Positions 53,251 to 64,000 of a stretch of 64,000 nucleotides of DNA are shown one piece after another (position 1 is the stretch's first letter; the number at the start of each line of letters is the position of its first letter). The notes beneath the pieces are model-generated. The model was not told the origin of the DNA, ran no database searches, and was given only the letters and a program-made list of their open reading frames with translations. Both the position numbers and the translations under genes were made by a program. Where the stretch lies: NCBI GenBank assembly GCA_965218095.1, contig OZ244587.1, positions 3,904,001-3,968,000 on the forward strand, given 5' to 3'. Source of the DNA: Candidatus Poribacteria bacterium. GTDB taxonomy: Bacteria > Poribacteria > WGA-4E > PCPOR2b.

Positions 53251-53788
53251 AGGTTTTTCCTTTCCTCACGTTTGTCCCTTATACGAGTGAAGTGGCGCCT
53301 CGTCGTTTGGTGACCGGGGTTTGGTGGGCTGTACCTCCGTAAAAAGTAAAGAGAAACGCTAAAATCAGCCAGTTTCTATGGATTTGAACACGCACCATAA
53401 TACACGTCGGCATAAATTACAATCCCCAGCCCCCTCTGCATTTCCTTCCTTGCCCCTACCCCCTGGTGCCCAAACTTTAGGGTTCAGGGGGTTTGCCTGG
53501 TAGCGATACGTATGAAGTTAGGGCGCTCGTGTCATGGTGCATTTCAAGCGCCTGCGAATTGATTCGCAGGGCGTCAGGCGGGCTTAAATTGATACGAATG
53601 GGGAGTTGAGTTGTTCTCCCCCAGTTCCGGTGCGAAGCACCGAGAATCCTCGACCTGCGGTCGGGACATTAGGGGGCCGCGGGGGGCAGCCACCAGTGGA
53701 TCTGTCAATGAGCTCGTTTAAATTTACCAAAGTCAAGTTATAATTCGATCGTTTACAAGTCAATCGTTTACAAGTCAGAAGAGACTCT

Positions 53789-54595
53789 CTACCGGGTGCC
53801 TTCAGCAACGAGGGTCAACTCCGCTTTGCCGCCAAGACCGGCGACGATCGGATACGTTTTCTCCCGAGGTTGACCGTCACGTGGAACGTAACGAACCTGC
53901 GGAGAGAAGTATGCGTAAAGCGCAGTGTTCCGTGGATTCGGTGAACGGTTGGGGCCTGATCCGTGCGCCATGAGGCTATGGAAAAACAGGGCGCTCCCCG
54001 CCGACAAGGGAACGTCAATCTGTCCTGAAAAATCGAGATTGTCATGGTCAGTCAACGATTCATCCTGTTTGCGAGCGATATGTCCCCACGATTGGATGCC
54101 CCACCTGTGGCTCTGTGGGATAATCTTAAAACACCCATTTTCAGGCGTGGCGTCGTTGAGCGCAATGCTCACCGTCACCAACTTCGGCGGCTCCATCGGC
54201 CAGTAGGCGGAATCCTGATGGATGCCGTGCGCGGAGCCGTGGAATGCGGGTTTGAACATTAAGGTGCTTCTGAACAACAACAGATCCGGCCCGATTAGGT
54301 CTTGCAAGACCTCAATGAGCTTCGGGTGCGCCGCAAGTCGACGAAAGACATCTGAGTATTGACAGGTATCTTCAGCCTTTCTCAGGATGGGCAAGCCACC
54401 ATCTTGCGATGCTTCTTTGGCGTATGGCTCACGCTGAAAGTGACTTTTTTCGCCTTCTTCTTCAAGTTCAGCGGCAAGTTTGTGCAGACGCAGTATTTCC
54501 ACCTGACACGCTGTGAGTTCTTCAGGCGAGAGTAAATTTGCCACGATGAGGTAGCCCTGTTCTTCAAAAAGGTCCTTCTGCCCTTGTTGGGTCAT
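53789..54595 (-). CDS. PhyH-family dioxygenase
   Basis: HQDSAYW, ATPENGC, MAHGSGPN.S..PR. Confidence 0.9.
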   Translation of the reverse strand: MTQQGQKDLFEEQGYLIVANLLSPEELTACQVEILRLHKLAAELEEEGEKSHFQREPYAKEASQDGGLPILRKAEDTCQYSDVFRRLAAHPKLIEVLQDLIGPDLLLFRSTLMFKPAFHGSAHGIHQDSAYWPMEPPKLVTVSIALNDATPENGCFKIIPQSHRWGIQSWGHIARKQDESLTDHDNLDFSGQIDVPLSAGSALFFHSLMAHGSGPNRSPNPRNTALYAYFSPQVRYVPRDGQPREKTYPIVAGLGGKAELTLVAEGTR

Positions 54596-54685
54596 ATTAT
54601 TGGATCTCCTTGCAAACGTAAACGTGATGCGTGAAACGTAATGTGCCAATGAACCTCTGAACTTTTGAACGCCTGAACTGCTAAA

Positions 54686-56143
54686 TCACCCGATTCGCTG
54701 TCCAATTTCCCATACAATGGAGGCCACCGCAAATCCGATGTAGACGAGTGAGGCGATGACCATTGCTGCGGTACAGATCCACCCCGGCTTCGCAACTTTG
54801 GGTAAGAATCGGTGATTGATATAGAGCGTGAGTGGAACGTAAATTGCCATTGCAAACCCACCCATATACGCGGCGTTAAACAGAAAACCGAGTTCGCTGA
54901 CGCCTCTCTGCTCCATCACATACGTGATTAAGCAACCGGCGACGATCCAAATTCCTGCCACGAGCAGATACCACCAACTCAGTTCGCGCTTTTGGGCGCC
55001 TTTGAAATTGGTGTAAACAATGTCGGCGATCGACCGCGCGACGCCATCAACCAGAGCAAGTTGTGTGCCGAAAAGTGTCGCCACGCCGACCAGCAGGAAG
55101 ATGATTCGCCCCGGGCCGCCCCAGACCTTCCCTAACACTTCTGCTTCGTCCCAGATGAGGGAGCCTTGCGCCGGAACAATGCCTTTGGGGTGCAGCACGG
55201 CAAGAGCGCCAAAGATGAAGAGGAGGATGGTCACAGTGTTCAGCACATAAAAGAAGATGATCTGATCTTTCTTAACGTAGTCCCACCATGTCTTGAAGCG
55301 ATTAGCGTTTTCCTCGGTTTCATTAAAACGAAAGCCGGTGGAGGGTATCGTCTCCGACCTGCCCCGAAGGGGATTTTGTAACTCTGGTAGCCGCGCCCCC
55401 ATACCGATGTTTTTGTCGCGAAGATAGAAAGTGTAGAACAGATTGGCAGTGCCCCCAGCCCCGGCGAAAACCAGCGCGATGAATAGCGATTTCACCGTCA
55501 TGCCTGGATCCTTGTAGCCGATGTTCATGATGCCGGCGCCCAACTCCTTCCATGTATCGAAAGAACCGACCGCAATTACTACCACGATGAGGCCTATGGT
55601 GACAATGGCGACAAGCAACTCGATGGTTTTCTCGACCGAATGATAAATCAGTTTTGGGCCAAAAAGGAGGAGGGCAACGGCGACAAATGTGACCACCGTC
55701 CAGAACGTATCCGAGCCCCCGCCATCTGGGCCAACTATCAGGGCTTTGAGGGCCAACCCCGATGCACGCCCTCAGCCCGGTGCGAGCCAGCCCAACAGGG
55801 TTAAGAGGATAAACACCAGCGCAAATCCCCGCCATACGCGACTGTAACCTGTGTAGACAGTTTCGCCTGTGGCAACCGTCCAACGTCCCACCTCGAAATT
55901 GATCCATAATTGCAGAAAGACGCCAAGCACGGCCGCCCAGACCATGTTTGCGCCAAACTCCGCTGCAATTCGTGGCCAAATGACAATCTCGCCTGCCCCG
56001 ATAGAAAGCCCGACCAAAATCGCTCCCGGTCCCGCCATCTTCCAGAAAGACAGTTTCTTCTCAGGCAAGTCTGCCGCCTTGAAATCCTCAAGTGGGCTCG
56101 TAGATTTTGCTCATTGTGATGACTCCTTTTCAGCTTGTTCCAT
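54686..56143 (-). pseudogene. Nramp-superfamily (YcsG-like) membrane transporter with an in-frame TGA
   Basis: GPGAILVGLSIGAGE..WP; PG*GRASG stop at 55772-55774 in frame with 54686..55756; a second lesion near 56111. Confidence 0.75.
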
Positions 56144-56756
56144 ACGGATATGCCTCCTCTGATACGATGAGAAATATACAATCTTGGCTTACATTCTACT
56201 CGAAAGGCCCATTCTTGTCAAGTCCAGAGATGCCGACCAGGGTTTCCAATCGGTCTACAAAGAATCATGATCGCGATCCTTCGCAAAGCCTCAAGATGAC
56301 TGAATCTGTCATTCTGAACCCTTCACTTCGTTCAAGGACAGGCTACGTGAAGAATCTCGAAAACTAAATGCCCCTAATGACGACAATCGATGCTTGTATT
56401 TTGATATGCTGTGTGCTATAATCAGTGCCGGTTATGTCCCAGGTGAGCAACCGTAGATTTTGGCTCCCTGCGTCACAAAAGCAGGAAACACAACAGAAAG
56501 GAAGAAGAATGGTAAGTAAAAAAGCAAAAACCCTCGTCACGCTAACGGTGGTGTCTGTAGTGGTTTTCTTTGCATCCGTCAGTATCCCACAAGGTGAACA
56601 GCACAGTAAGATGCGGTATCTTGATCGGTGCTTTTTTCTGTCCCTGATGCTAGTTTTGAATGTGCACCGATTTATTACAGGCTCAATCTCCCCAATTTCC
56701 TGATTTCCTAATCTCCTTTTTCTGATTTGCTGATTCTTGTACTCAGGAGGATATTA

Positions 56757-58367
56757 ATGTTTGATGATTATCGTCCCAATCGATTTGGTCCAGGACGCTC
56801 CGCCGTTATGTGTAAACACGGCGCCGTCGCCACGAGTCAACCTCTTGCCGCACAAGCGGGGTTGCAGATCTTGCACGAGGGCGGGAATGCGATTGACGCC
56901 GCCGTTGCCACCGCCGCCATGCTCAACGTTGTTGAACCGATGTCCACAGGAATCGGCGGCGATATGTTTGCGCTGGTGTATCAGCCACAAGACAGTGTCA
57001 TTCGCGGGTTGAACGGAAGCGGTCGTGCACCGTATGCCGCGGAGTTGGAGTTCTTTACGAAGCAAGGCTTGACCAGCATCCCAAGCACGGGCAACCTGTA
57101 CCCGGTGACAGTCCCCGGCACGATTGATGGTTGGGCGACGCTGCTCGAAGCGTGTGGAACGATGACGTTGGGCAATGTCCTCAAGCCTGCTATTGAACAT
57201 GCAGAAAACGGTTTTCCTGTCAGCCCACAGATTAGTTTGGCGTGGGGTGGAAGCGTCGAGATCCTTTCGAGTTCTCCTGACGCAGCCAAAACCTACCTGG
57301 TGAACGGACGTGCGCCCAAGCCGGGGGAGATCTTCTACCAGCCCAACCTCGCGAAGACATTGCGTCTAATCGCGGAAGGTGGGCGTGATGCGTTTTACCG
57401 GGGTGAGATTGCCGAGAAGATTGTGAAATTCTCTGATGAGAACAGAGGGTTATTCACGATGCAAGATTTCGCCGACCACACCTCGAATTGGGCGGAGCCA
57501 ATTTCGACCGACTATCGGGGCTACGATGTCTACGAGATTCCGCCCAACGGACAGGGAATTGCGGCGTTGCTTGCACTGAACATCGTTGAGGGCTTCGACC
57601 TCCAATCAATGGGGCATAACAGCGGAGAATATCTTCACTGCTTGATTGAGGCGATGAAGTTGGGATTTGCCGATCTGTACCAGTACGTCACCGATCCAGC
57701 CGTCGAGGATGTTCCCGTCATGGGCTTGCTCTCAGCCGGATATACCAAAAGCCAACGAGCAAGACTGAATATCGGGCACGCCAATCCAAATCCCATCGCA
57801 GGGGGCCCGCCAATGGGAAGTGACACCGTTTATCTTTGCGCGGTCGATAAAGATCGCAATGTTGTCTCGTTCATCAACAGCCTCTTTGCAGGCTTTGGTT
57901 GTGGCCTAGTGGCAGGGGACACCGGGATTATGCTGCAAAATCGAGGTGCGGGTTTCTCACTCGATCCGGACCACGCCAACCGAATCGCACCACATAAGCG
58001 CACGATGCACACAATCATCCCCGGAATGATTGCCCAAAACGGGATTCCACTCGTGACGTTCGGCGTGATGGGTGGACAGATGCAGCCACAGGGACATCTG
58101 CAATTGGTGTGCAACCTTGTCGATTTTAACATGGACGTACAATCTGCGCTCGACGCCCCCCGCTTCCGGGTTGTGGACGGATGGACGGTTACCGTCGAAG
58201 ATGGTGTGCCGATGAATGTAGGTGCGGAATTGGTGCGAAAGGGACACCAATTGGCGCCGCCTAACACATTTTTTGGCGGCGGGCAGGCAATCTTCGTTCA
58301 CCCAGAGTACAATACACTTATTGCCGGTTCCGAGCCGCGCCGTGATGGATGTGCAGTGGGATACTGA
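56757..58367 (+). CDS. ggt: Gamma-glutamyltransferase
   Basis: GGNAIDAA, EIPPNGQG, DTVY nucleophile Thr, HTIIPG, GVMGG.MQPQGH. Confidence 0.93.
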   Translation: MFDDYRPNRFGPGRSAVMCKHGAVATSQPLAAQAGLQILHEGGNAIDAAVATAAMLNVVEPMSTGIGGDMFALVYQPQDSVIRGLNGSGRAPYAAELEFFTKQGLTSIPSTGNLYPVTVPGTIDGWATLLEACGTMTLGNVLKPAIEHAENGFPVSPQISLAWGGSVEILSSSPDAAKTYLVNGRAPKPGEIFYQPNLAKTLRLIAEGGRDAFYRGEIAEKIVKFSDENRGLFTMQDFADHTSNWAEPISTDYRGYDVYEIPPNGQGIAALLALNIVEGFDLQSMGHNSGEYLHCLIEAMKLGFADLYQYVTDPAVEDVPVMGLLSAGYTKSQRARLNIGHANPNPIAGGPPMGSDTVYLCAVDKDRNVVSFINSLFAGFGCGLVAGDTGIMLQNRGAGFSLDPDHANRIAPHKRTMHTIIPGMIAQNGIPLVTFGVMGGQMQPQGHLQLVCNLVDFNMDVQSALDAPRFRVVDGWTVTVEDGVPMNVGAELVRKGHQLAPPNTFFGGGQAIFVHPEYNTLIAGSEPRRDGCAVGY

Positions 58368-58386
58368 AATTCATTAGTTGATTATC

Positions 58387-58542
58387 TTGACTTTGCTAGA
58401 TTAAAAGAGCTCATCGGCAGATCCACGGATGGCTTGCCTCCCCGGACTCCGCCCCCCTTAATCTCCCCAACTTTGGGGGGAAGAGAAGAATCGCAAAAAC
58501 TCCCCCAGAATTAGGAATCAGGGGTGAATGTAACAAAGTCAA
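58387..58542. mobile_element. TTGACTTTG-family MITE, full copy
   Basis: Terminal IR TTGACTTTG/CAAAGTCAA; internal C-run/G-run hairpins. Confidence 0.65.
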
Positions 58543-58636
58543 ATTATTTACCTCTGTAATCCCGCATTAGTGGAGAGTCAATCCTTGAACTTATAGCGAG
58601 TAAAACGCGCGCTTCTCCCGTCAGCCTCAACGAAGG

Positions 58637-58715
58637 GAAGCATCTCTTGCACCTTAACGAGGAAATTCTTCGCTTCGCTCTATTAGACTTCCAAGAAACT
58701 ATCCGCAATGAGTTC
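58637..58715. repeat. 79-bp interspersed repeat (inverted copy of 10929..11007)
   Basis: 74/79 identity. Confidence 0.85.
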
Positions 58716-58768
58716 CTTGAAAAGGTTTCAAACCCTTTTGAAGGTTACGCAAGCAGGAACCCTTCCCT

Positions 58769-59562
58769 ATGAATTCCAGCTTTCATACCTGTGGACTTGA
58801 ATGGTTTACTTTTGAAGAAGCGATTAATGAACTAGCTGACATCGGCTATGCCGCGTGTGGGCCTATTCTGGGGCCTGGCTATCATATCGATCCCGATACC
58901 ATCACCGATAGTCAGAAGACCGCTACAAAAACCTGGCAAAGGAACGCAATATCGCATTCAGCATCCTCAATCCTTGGAAGGCAGGAGGCTTTGCTGCCGG
59001 GATCGAGAGCGGCAAAACCGACCGTTTTTATCGTCAAGCCCTCGACCTGGCAGCGGGTTTTGGGGCGTCCGGAGTCAAATTCCTCGCCGGCGCGTCCGCC
59101 GCGGGTGAGAACGCCGGCTGGCGCACCATGATTCAGGTCCTCAAGCCTCTCTGTCACAACGCCGAGCAGGTGGGCGTAGACCTGCTGACAACCACGAAAA
59201 CCAACTCATCAACACAGCCAACGGCTTTGCCCTGCTTCCGTTACCATATGGGGTTGGAGCGCCTTCAGATTAATCTCGATTGCGCCAATCTCGCTATTCT
59301 CATGGACGACCCCAGCTAGGCTATCCGCAATTTCAGGGATTCCCTACGCTATGTGCGCGTCAAGGGGATGAACAACTACTACCCCTTTGCCCAACAGTGT
59401 GTCCCCGGCGACATTGTGGACTGGAAAGGCGTGATGGAAGCCCTCAAAGAGATAGGGTATGCAGGCTATGTGGAGTTGGTCACCTATCCGTGGTTTTCGC
59501 CCGATTTCCACAGAGATGCCTTTGCCTGGGCAACAAATCTGGTGGCTGAAGTTGGGGTATAG
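58769..59562 (+). pseudogene. Sugar-phosphate isomerase/epimerase (xylose-isomerase-like TIM barrel), multiply frameshifted
   Basis: FEEAINELADIGY; INLDCAN; PGDIVDWKGVMEALKEIGYAGYVEL in different frames. Confidence 0.75.
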
Positions 59563-59607
59563 CTTCCAGCACCTTGTGAAATAAGTTTGGCGAAAGGAGA
59601 AATAAAC

Positions 59608-61155
59608 ATGCCCAAACCTCCCAAATACTGCATCATCTACAATTGGGACGGGGGACCTCACGGATACTCCGAGGTCCCGCAGTCTATGGAAGCGTTTCTG
59701 GAAAAGGTCCACGCGCCTTTGGAGGAAACTCAGGTCAGTGCGCACTTCTGGTGCATCGGCGAACATGCCTCTCGGTGGCAGAGCGATGTCCTTGAACGAC
59801 TCGGCGATGTCCACAATCGACGCTATGAAAGCGCCCAGGCGTACATTCATACGGAAAATATCCGTCAGATGCTGGAGCGCGGCGAAGACCCGCAGCAAGC
59901 CTTAATTGAGCGTGGACGCCAACTCGGACTTCACGTCTATGCCTCGGTGCGCATGAACGACAATCACTTCAACGGGGCGCAGGTGGCTGACTTGGAGAAA
60001 CTGCACCACACGGAACTGACGCGGATGCGGATCGAACATCCGGAGTGGTTGCTCGGCGACCAGACCTCAGAGTGGTTCGCGCTCTCGTGGGATTTCGCTG
60101 TCCCCGAAATACGGGAACACCGTTACGCGCACATTAAAGAGGTCTGTGAACGATATGACTGGGATGGCGTTGAATTGGACTGGCAGCGACACGCCTTTCA
60201 TTTGCCTCAAGACAAAGGCTACCGACTCCGATACGTCCTGACCGACCTCCAGCGAGCGGTGCGCCAGATGACCGATGACCTTGCGAAGAAACGCGGCAGA
60301 TCGTTCTACTTAGCGGCTCGTGTGGCTGGCACACTAGAAATGTGCTGCAACATCGGATACGACATTCCGACCTGGGTGAACGAGGGGTTGGTGGACATCC
60401 TGATTCCCGCCGGCGGCGCCGCGACGGATGCTTCCCTGGATGTCGCCGCTTTTGTTGAACTGTGCCGGGACAAGCCAATTGCGGTTTATCCCGGATTTGA
60501 TGGCGGGTTGCCCGAACCCTTCGTTGGCCCCGAAGACGCCGAAACCAAGAACCGCATGCGCACCCGTGCTATCGCCAGCCGTTATCACAAAGCCGGTGCG
60601 GACGGCATCTATGTTTTTAACTGGCACGCGAACCGCGATTCGAGGCGGGAGTTGCTCTCACAGATCGGCTCGCCTGACACGTTGCGGGGCACGGACAAAA
60701 TTTATGCGGCAACCCATCGCTTCTTCCAGAAGACGGGAGAATGGCGGGGTGCCTACCGTATCGACCGAATCTGGGGTGAAGTTCCGGTCGCCCTGAAGGG
60801 AACGCTCACCGGCGAGGGTCCGACAATTGTACTGGACGTTGCGGACGATTTATCAACCAACACCCCTGGAAGGGTTGAGTTGCGCGTGCGGCTGGATCAG
60901 TGGGTGCGCGGTGACGTCGTGCGTGTCTGGTGGGATGGGTCAGCCCTTGATGACCCCGAAATCCGCTATTGCGCCATCAATGACCCACATCGTCTTTCGG
61001 ATGTGAGCGGGGCGGCGTGGTTGTGTTTCGAGATGGCTGTGTCGAATATCGGTGCCGGTTCGCACGAAGTCAAGGTCGCGCTTGAGGCACGTCACCCGTG
61101 GGTTGCCTCAGACATCGTATTGACGGATGTGGAGTTGGTCGTTACTTTTCCTTAA
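59608..61155 (+). CDS. GHL10-like glycosyl hydrolase
   Basis: IYNWDG, ASVRMNDNH, DFAVPEIR, DGVELDWQR, ADGIYVFN. Confidence 0.75.
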   Translation: MPKPPKYCIIYNWDGGPHGYSEVPQSMEAFLEKVHAPLEETQVSAHFWCIGEHASRWQSDVLERLGDVHNRRYESAQAYIHTENIRQMLERGEDPQQALIERGRQLGLHVYASVRMNDNHFNGAQVADLEKLHHTELTRMRIEHPEWLLGDQTSEWFALSWDFAVPEIREHRYAHIKEVCERYDWDGVELDWQRHAFHLPQDKGYRLRYVLTDLQRAVRQMTDDLAKKRGRSFYLAARVAGTLEMCCNIGYDIPTWVNEGLVDILIPAGGAATDASLDVAAFVELCRDKPIAVYPGFDGGLPEPFVGPEDAETKNRMRTRAIASRYHKAGADGIYVFNWHANRDSRRELLSQIGSPDTLRGTDKIYAATHRFFQKTGEWRGAYRIDRIWGEVPVALKGTLTGEGPTIVLDVADDLSTNTPGRVELRVRLDQWVRGDVVRVWWDGSALDDPEIRYCAINDPHRLSDVSGAAWLCFEMAVSNIGAGSHEVKVALEARHPWVASDIVLTDVELVVTFP

Positions 61156-61291
61156 GCCCTTTAAACCTTTTCAAAGATCATCGGCATACCCCTCTGTTCA
61201 TTGAGGGTGGCGCAGATTGGGAAATCTACGCTATACAACTGACCTGATTTGTAATGATGTACCACCCTCAGTTCATTAGCAACTAAAAAAA

Positions 61292-62437
61292 ATGAAAAAA
61301 AAGAGATTTTTCCCCATTTATATGTCGGCAATCATATCAATTTTTACTATTTTCTTGTCGAGCCATCAAAAGACTGAAATGTCTATCGTTAAGATATTGT
61401 TCGTCGGCGACACCAACTTTGGTGAAAATTATCAGGTCCGGAGAGGTAGAAGAAACATTTTAGAGACAAAAGGGTATGACTATCCCGTACAAAATTTCAA
61501 ACCCCTTCTCCTTCAATCAGATTTGGTTATCGCCAACCTCGAAACGCCCATAACGAATCTGTCCAAGCCCCCTTTCCCTGATAAAGAGTTTGTTCATTGG
61601 ACAGATATCGAAAATGCACCCCACTATTTGAAAAAGTACAATATTACCACGGTCTCGTTGGCAAATAATCATGCGTTAGATTATGGGGTCGAAGGCATGA
61701 AACAGACTTTAGATGTGCTACAGAGTAACGACATGGAATGGGTTGGGGCAGGGCGGGATGAAGTTGAAGCAGGCAAACCTTATCTCAGGAAAATGCAAAT
61801 TGGAAAACAGTTTTTTCATCTTGCGCTGATTGCTGGATTTGAGTATCGCAAGAACTATGATAACAAGTACGCATTTTACGCGAAAGCGGATAGGGGTGGA
61901 GTGAACGCCCTTTCAATTGAAAAGATCTCTGCACAGATCAAACAACTCAAAAAATCAATACCGGATGTTTTTGTGGTGATTTTTCCGCATTGGGGAGCAA
62001 ATTATAAATGGAAATCGAAGAAACAGACGCGGCAGGGTCGTCAGATGATTGATGCGGGGGCGGATCTGATTATTGGCCACGGTTCCCATCTGATGCAGGA
62101 GATTGAGCAGTATAACGGACGCTGGATTATTTACAGCGTTGGAAATTTCATGTTTAACTCGCCGGGGCGCTACCAAAAACACCACGTTCATCCTTATAGT
62201 TTAGTCGCACAATTGGTGTTACAAGAAAATGATGGTCGTTTAATCAAGATGCTTCGATTATATCCGATTTTTACTGACAATCGGGTTACCAACTATCAAG
62301 GACGATTCGTAACATCGGAAGAATTTGAGGAAGCATATCAATTGTTGTTGGACAGAAATTCGTCGAGAAGATTCAAACAGAACTTCAGAAAAGGACAGGA
62401 CGGTATTGGAAGGTTCTTCAAGGTTTCAATAAACTGA
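61292..62437 (+). CDS. CapA/PGA_cap family metallophosphoesterase
   Basis: VGD, ANLET, LANNHALDYG, PHWG, GHGSH, YSVGNF. Confidence 0.9.
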   Translation: MKKKRFFPIYMSAIISIFTIFLSSHQKTEMSIVKILFVGDTNFGENYQVRRGRRNILETKGYDYPVQNFKPLLLQSDLVIANLETPITNLSKPPFPDKEFVHWTDIENAPHYLKKYNITTVSLANNHALDYGVEGMKQTLDVLQSNDMEWVGAGRDEVEAGKPYLRKMQIGKQFFHLALIAGFEYRKNYDNKYAFYAKADRGGVNALSIEKISAQIKQLKKSIPDVFVVIFPHWGANYKWKSKKQTRQGRQMIDAGADLIIGHGSHLMQEIEQYNGRWIIYSVGNFMFNSPGRYQKHHVHPYSLVAQLVLQENDGRLIKMLRLYPIFTDNRVTNYQGRFVTSEEFEEAYQLLLDRNSSRRFKQNFRKGQDGIGRFFKVSIN

Positions 62438-62498
62438 TGATTTTCATCATCCATAAAGACGGCATCGTAAGCCAGTGAACCTTTACCAAGGAGGCACC

Positions 62499-63809
62499 AT
62501 GAAAATCACAGATATCGAAACACACGTCATCTGCCCACCGTTTCAGGCGTGGAACAGCGAGGCGTTGACACGCTATCAAGGCCCTGACTTCCGTTATCGC
62601 ACGGTCTTTGTCGTTCATACCGATAACGGGCTGGAAGGTTTAGGCGAGCACACCGGTAAATCGTGGAATAGGATGGAGGAATGGATTGATCGGCTGCGCG
62701 GTACAAATCCGTGCGATTGGTTAGCGCACCCATCTCTACCCATTGGACTCGCCCCGGCTATCTACGATCTGGTCGGTAAGTACAATGATGTCCCCGCTTA
62801 TAAACTCTTCGGACCACAAGCCCGTTCGCACGTGCCGATGGCTGCATGGACGGTCTCCCAGACGCCAGAGAAGATGGCAGAGGAGGTTGAACACGCGGTA
62901 GCTGCGGGTTACACATGGCTCAAGTTCCACACACACCACTGCCACAACGTCATCGCACAGACGGCGGCGATACAGGAGAAACTGAGTGAAATCACTGGCA
63001 GTGCGGCTGTTGCGCCACCGACATTTAAGATTCACTATGATGTCAATTTCGACAATACGGTCGAGCACGTTCTTGACCTGGCGCGGGAGTTGGTGCAGTT
63101 TTCCATCGCAGGTGCGATTGAGGATCCGTTGCGCACACACGATTTTGAGGGGTATCGTACGCTTCGGGAGAAGTGTCCGTTGCCGATTTATTTCCATCAC
63201 CTGCCATTGGGTGGACGGGAGGCGTTAATGGGACTCGCAGACGGCTACATGTTGGGTCACGCGCCCGTCGGACAGGTCGTTCAGCGAGCGGGGCTGTTCG
63301 AGTCGGCGAATGTGCCGTTCATGACGCAGAATACGGGCGGTAACATCACGCGAGCATTTATCGCGCACATGGCGGTAGTCTTCCCGATGGCGATACTGCA
63401 CCACGTCACCTGCACCCACCTGTGGGCGGAGGACGTGGTGACGCCGTCACTGAACGCTGCCGGCGGGACAGTGCGTGTGCCAGAAGAACCGGGGCTGGGC
63501 GTGACGCTCGACCATGATGCGCTTGCCCACTGGTCTGCTGTTGAACCGGAACCCTTGCCCCGCGCTCTGATACGGGTTCAATATGCCGGGCTTGCACCGA
63601 TTTACGCACGGCTGCCAGTCCGTTCTTTGAGCGACGGTCAGGGCACCGGGCCAAGTTTTGTGGATGGCTACGGCCCTGGCTACAATCAGCCTGTTGACCT
63701 ATACTACTGGGATGATGACGGTTCAGCAGCGTTTGCTGAGATGTGGGAGCGCACGGCAGCCGGAACGGTGAGTCATGAACGCCGTCAGGCACGAAAGGGC
63801 AAACTGTAG
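62499..63809 (+). CDS. Mandelate racemase/muconate lactonizing enzyme (enolase superfamily)
   Basis: VHTDNGLEGLGE, YDLVGK, YDVN, IEDP, PGLGV. Confidence 0.85.
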   Translation: MKITDIETHVICPPFQAWNSEALTRYQGPDFRYRTVFVVHTDNGLEGLGEHTGKSWNRMEEWIDRLRGTNPCDWLAHPSLPIGLAPAIYDLVGKYNDVPAYKLFGPQARSHVPMAAWTVSQTPEKMAEEVEHAVAAGYTWLKFHTHHCHNVIAQTAAIQEKLSEITGSAAVAPPTFKIHYDVNFDNTVEHVLDLARELVQFSIAGAIEDPLRTHDFEGYRTLREKCPLPIYFHHLPLGGREALMGLADGYMLGHAPVGQVVQRAGLFESANVPFMTQNTGGNITRAFIAHMAVVFPMAILHHVTCTHLWAEDVVTPSLNAAGGTVRVPEEPGLGVTLDHDALAHWSAVEPEPLPRALIRVQYAGLAPIYARLPVRSLSDGQGTGPSFVDGYGPGYNQPVDLYYWDDDGSAAFAEMWERTAAGTVSHERRQARKGKL

Positions 63810-63964
63810 TTTGGTATTGCGTATTGCGTATTGCGTATTTTCTACGCACTACACAATACGCATCACGCAATACAACAACCAATTGATTTACTCAGTGCCA
63901 CCGCTGTTAGGATGGTTAAATCTGGAACAATCTACAGTTCATCAAAGTGAGGGAGTCAATAGAG

Positions 63965-64000
63965 ATGGAACTCACAGGTCGAGTCGCGTTAGTGACCGGC
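63965..64000 (+). CDS. SDR oxidoreductase, 5' end only
   Basis: MELTGRVALVTG after a GGAG RBS. Confidence 0.7.
   Translation, partial: MELTGRVALVTG

Noticed and set aside
56425-56703. ORF with a signal-peptide-like segment (MVSKKAKTLV...)
   Set aside because: Possibly a gene remnant, but no domain evidence; not called.

Overview
A bacterial chromosomal window of moderate GC. The repertoire includes five PhyH-type dioxygenases, Gfo/Idh/MocA oxidoreductases, NAD-dependent epimerases, a DegT aminotransferase, GH32, GHL10-like and PL11-like enzymes and a HEAT lipoprotein, which resembles Ca. Poribacteria (inference only). Housekeeping genes are ino1, thiO-thiS, groES-groEL, rpsU and ggt. There are two defence loci. 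The first is a YhdJ-like beta-class adenine MTase with a nonsense-interrupted endonuclease, placed directly after thiS. The second is an ~11.7 kb co-directional SNF2 helicase-DUF3883 / DUF1156 MTase / DUF499 ATPase restriction-like operon. Each of its two internal junctions holds cargo (ABC-type ATPase + chimeric ORF + PIN; MNT-HEPN bracketed by a diverged copy of the DUF499 5' end), and each cargo slot opens with the same REP-like 12-mer. The window is rich in decayed IS elements (IS982 with an 8-bp TSD inside a phosphoesterase, IS3, IS5), MITE/REP families and pseudogenes. It also carries 11 perfect 12-21 bp tandem duplications. No rRNA, tRNA or CRISPR array was seen. Family assignments come from motif recognition by eye, not database searches.
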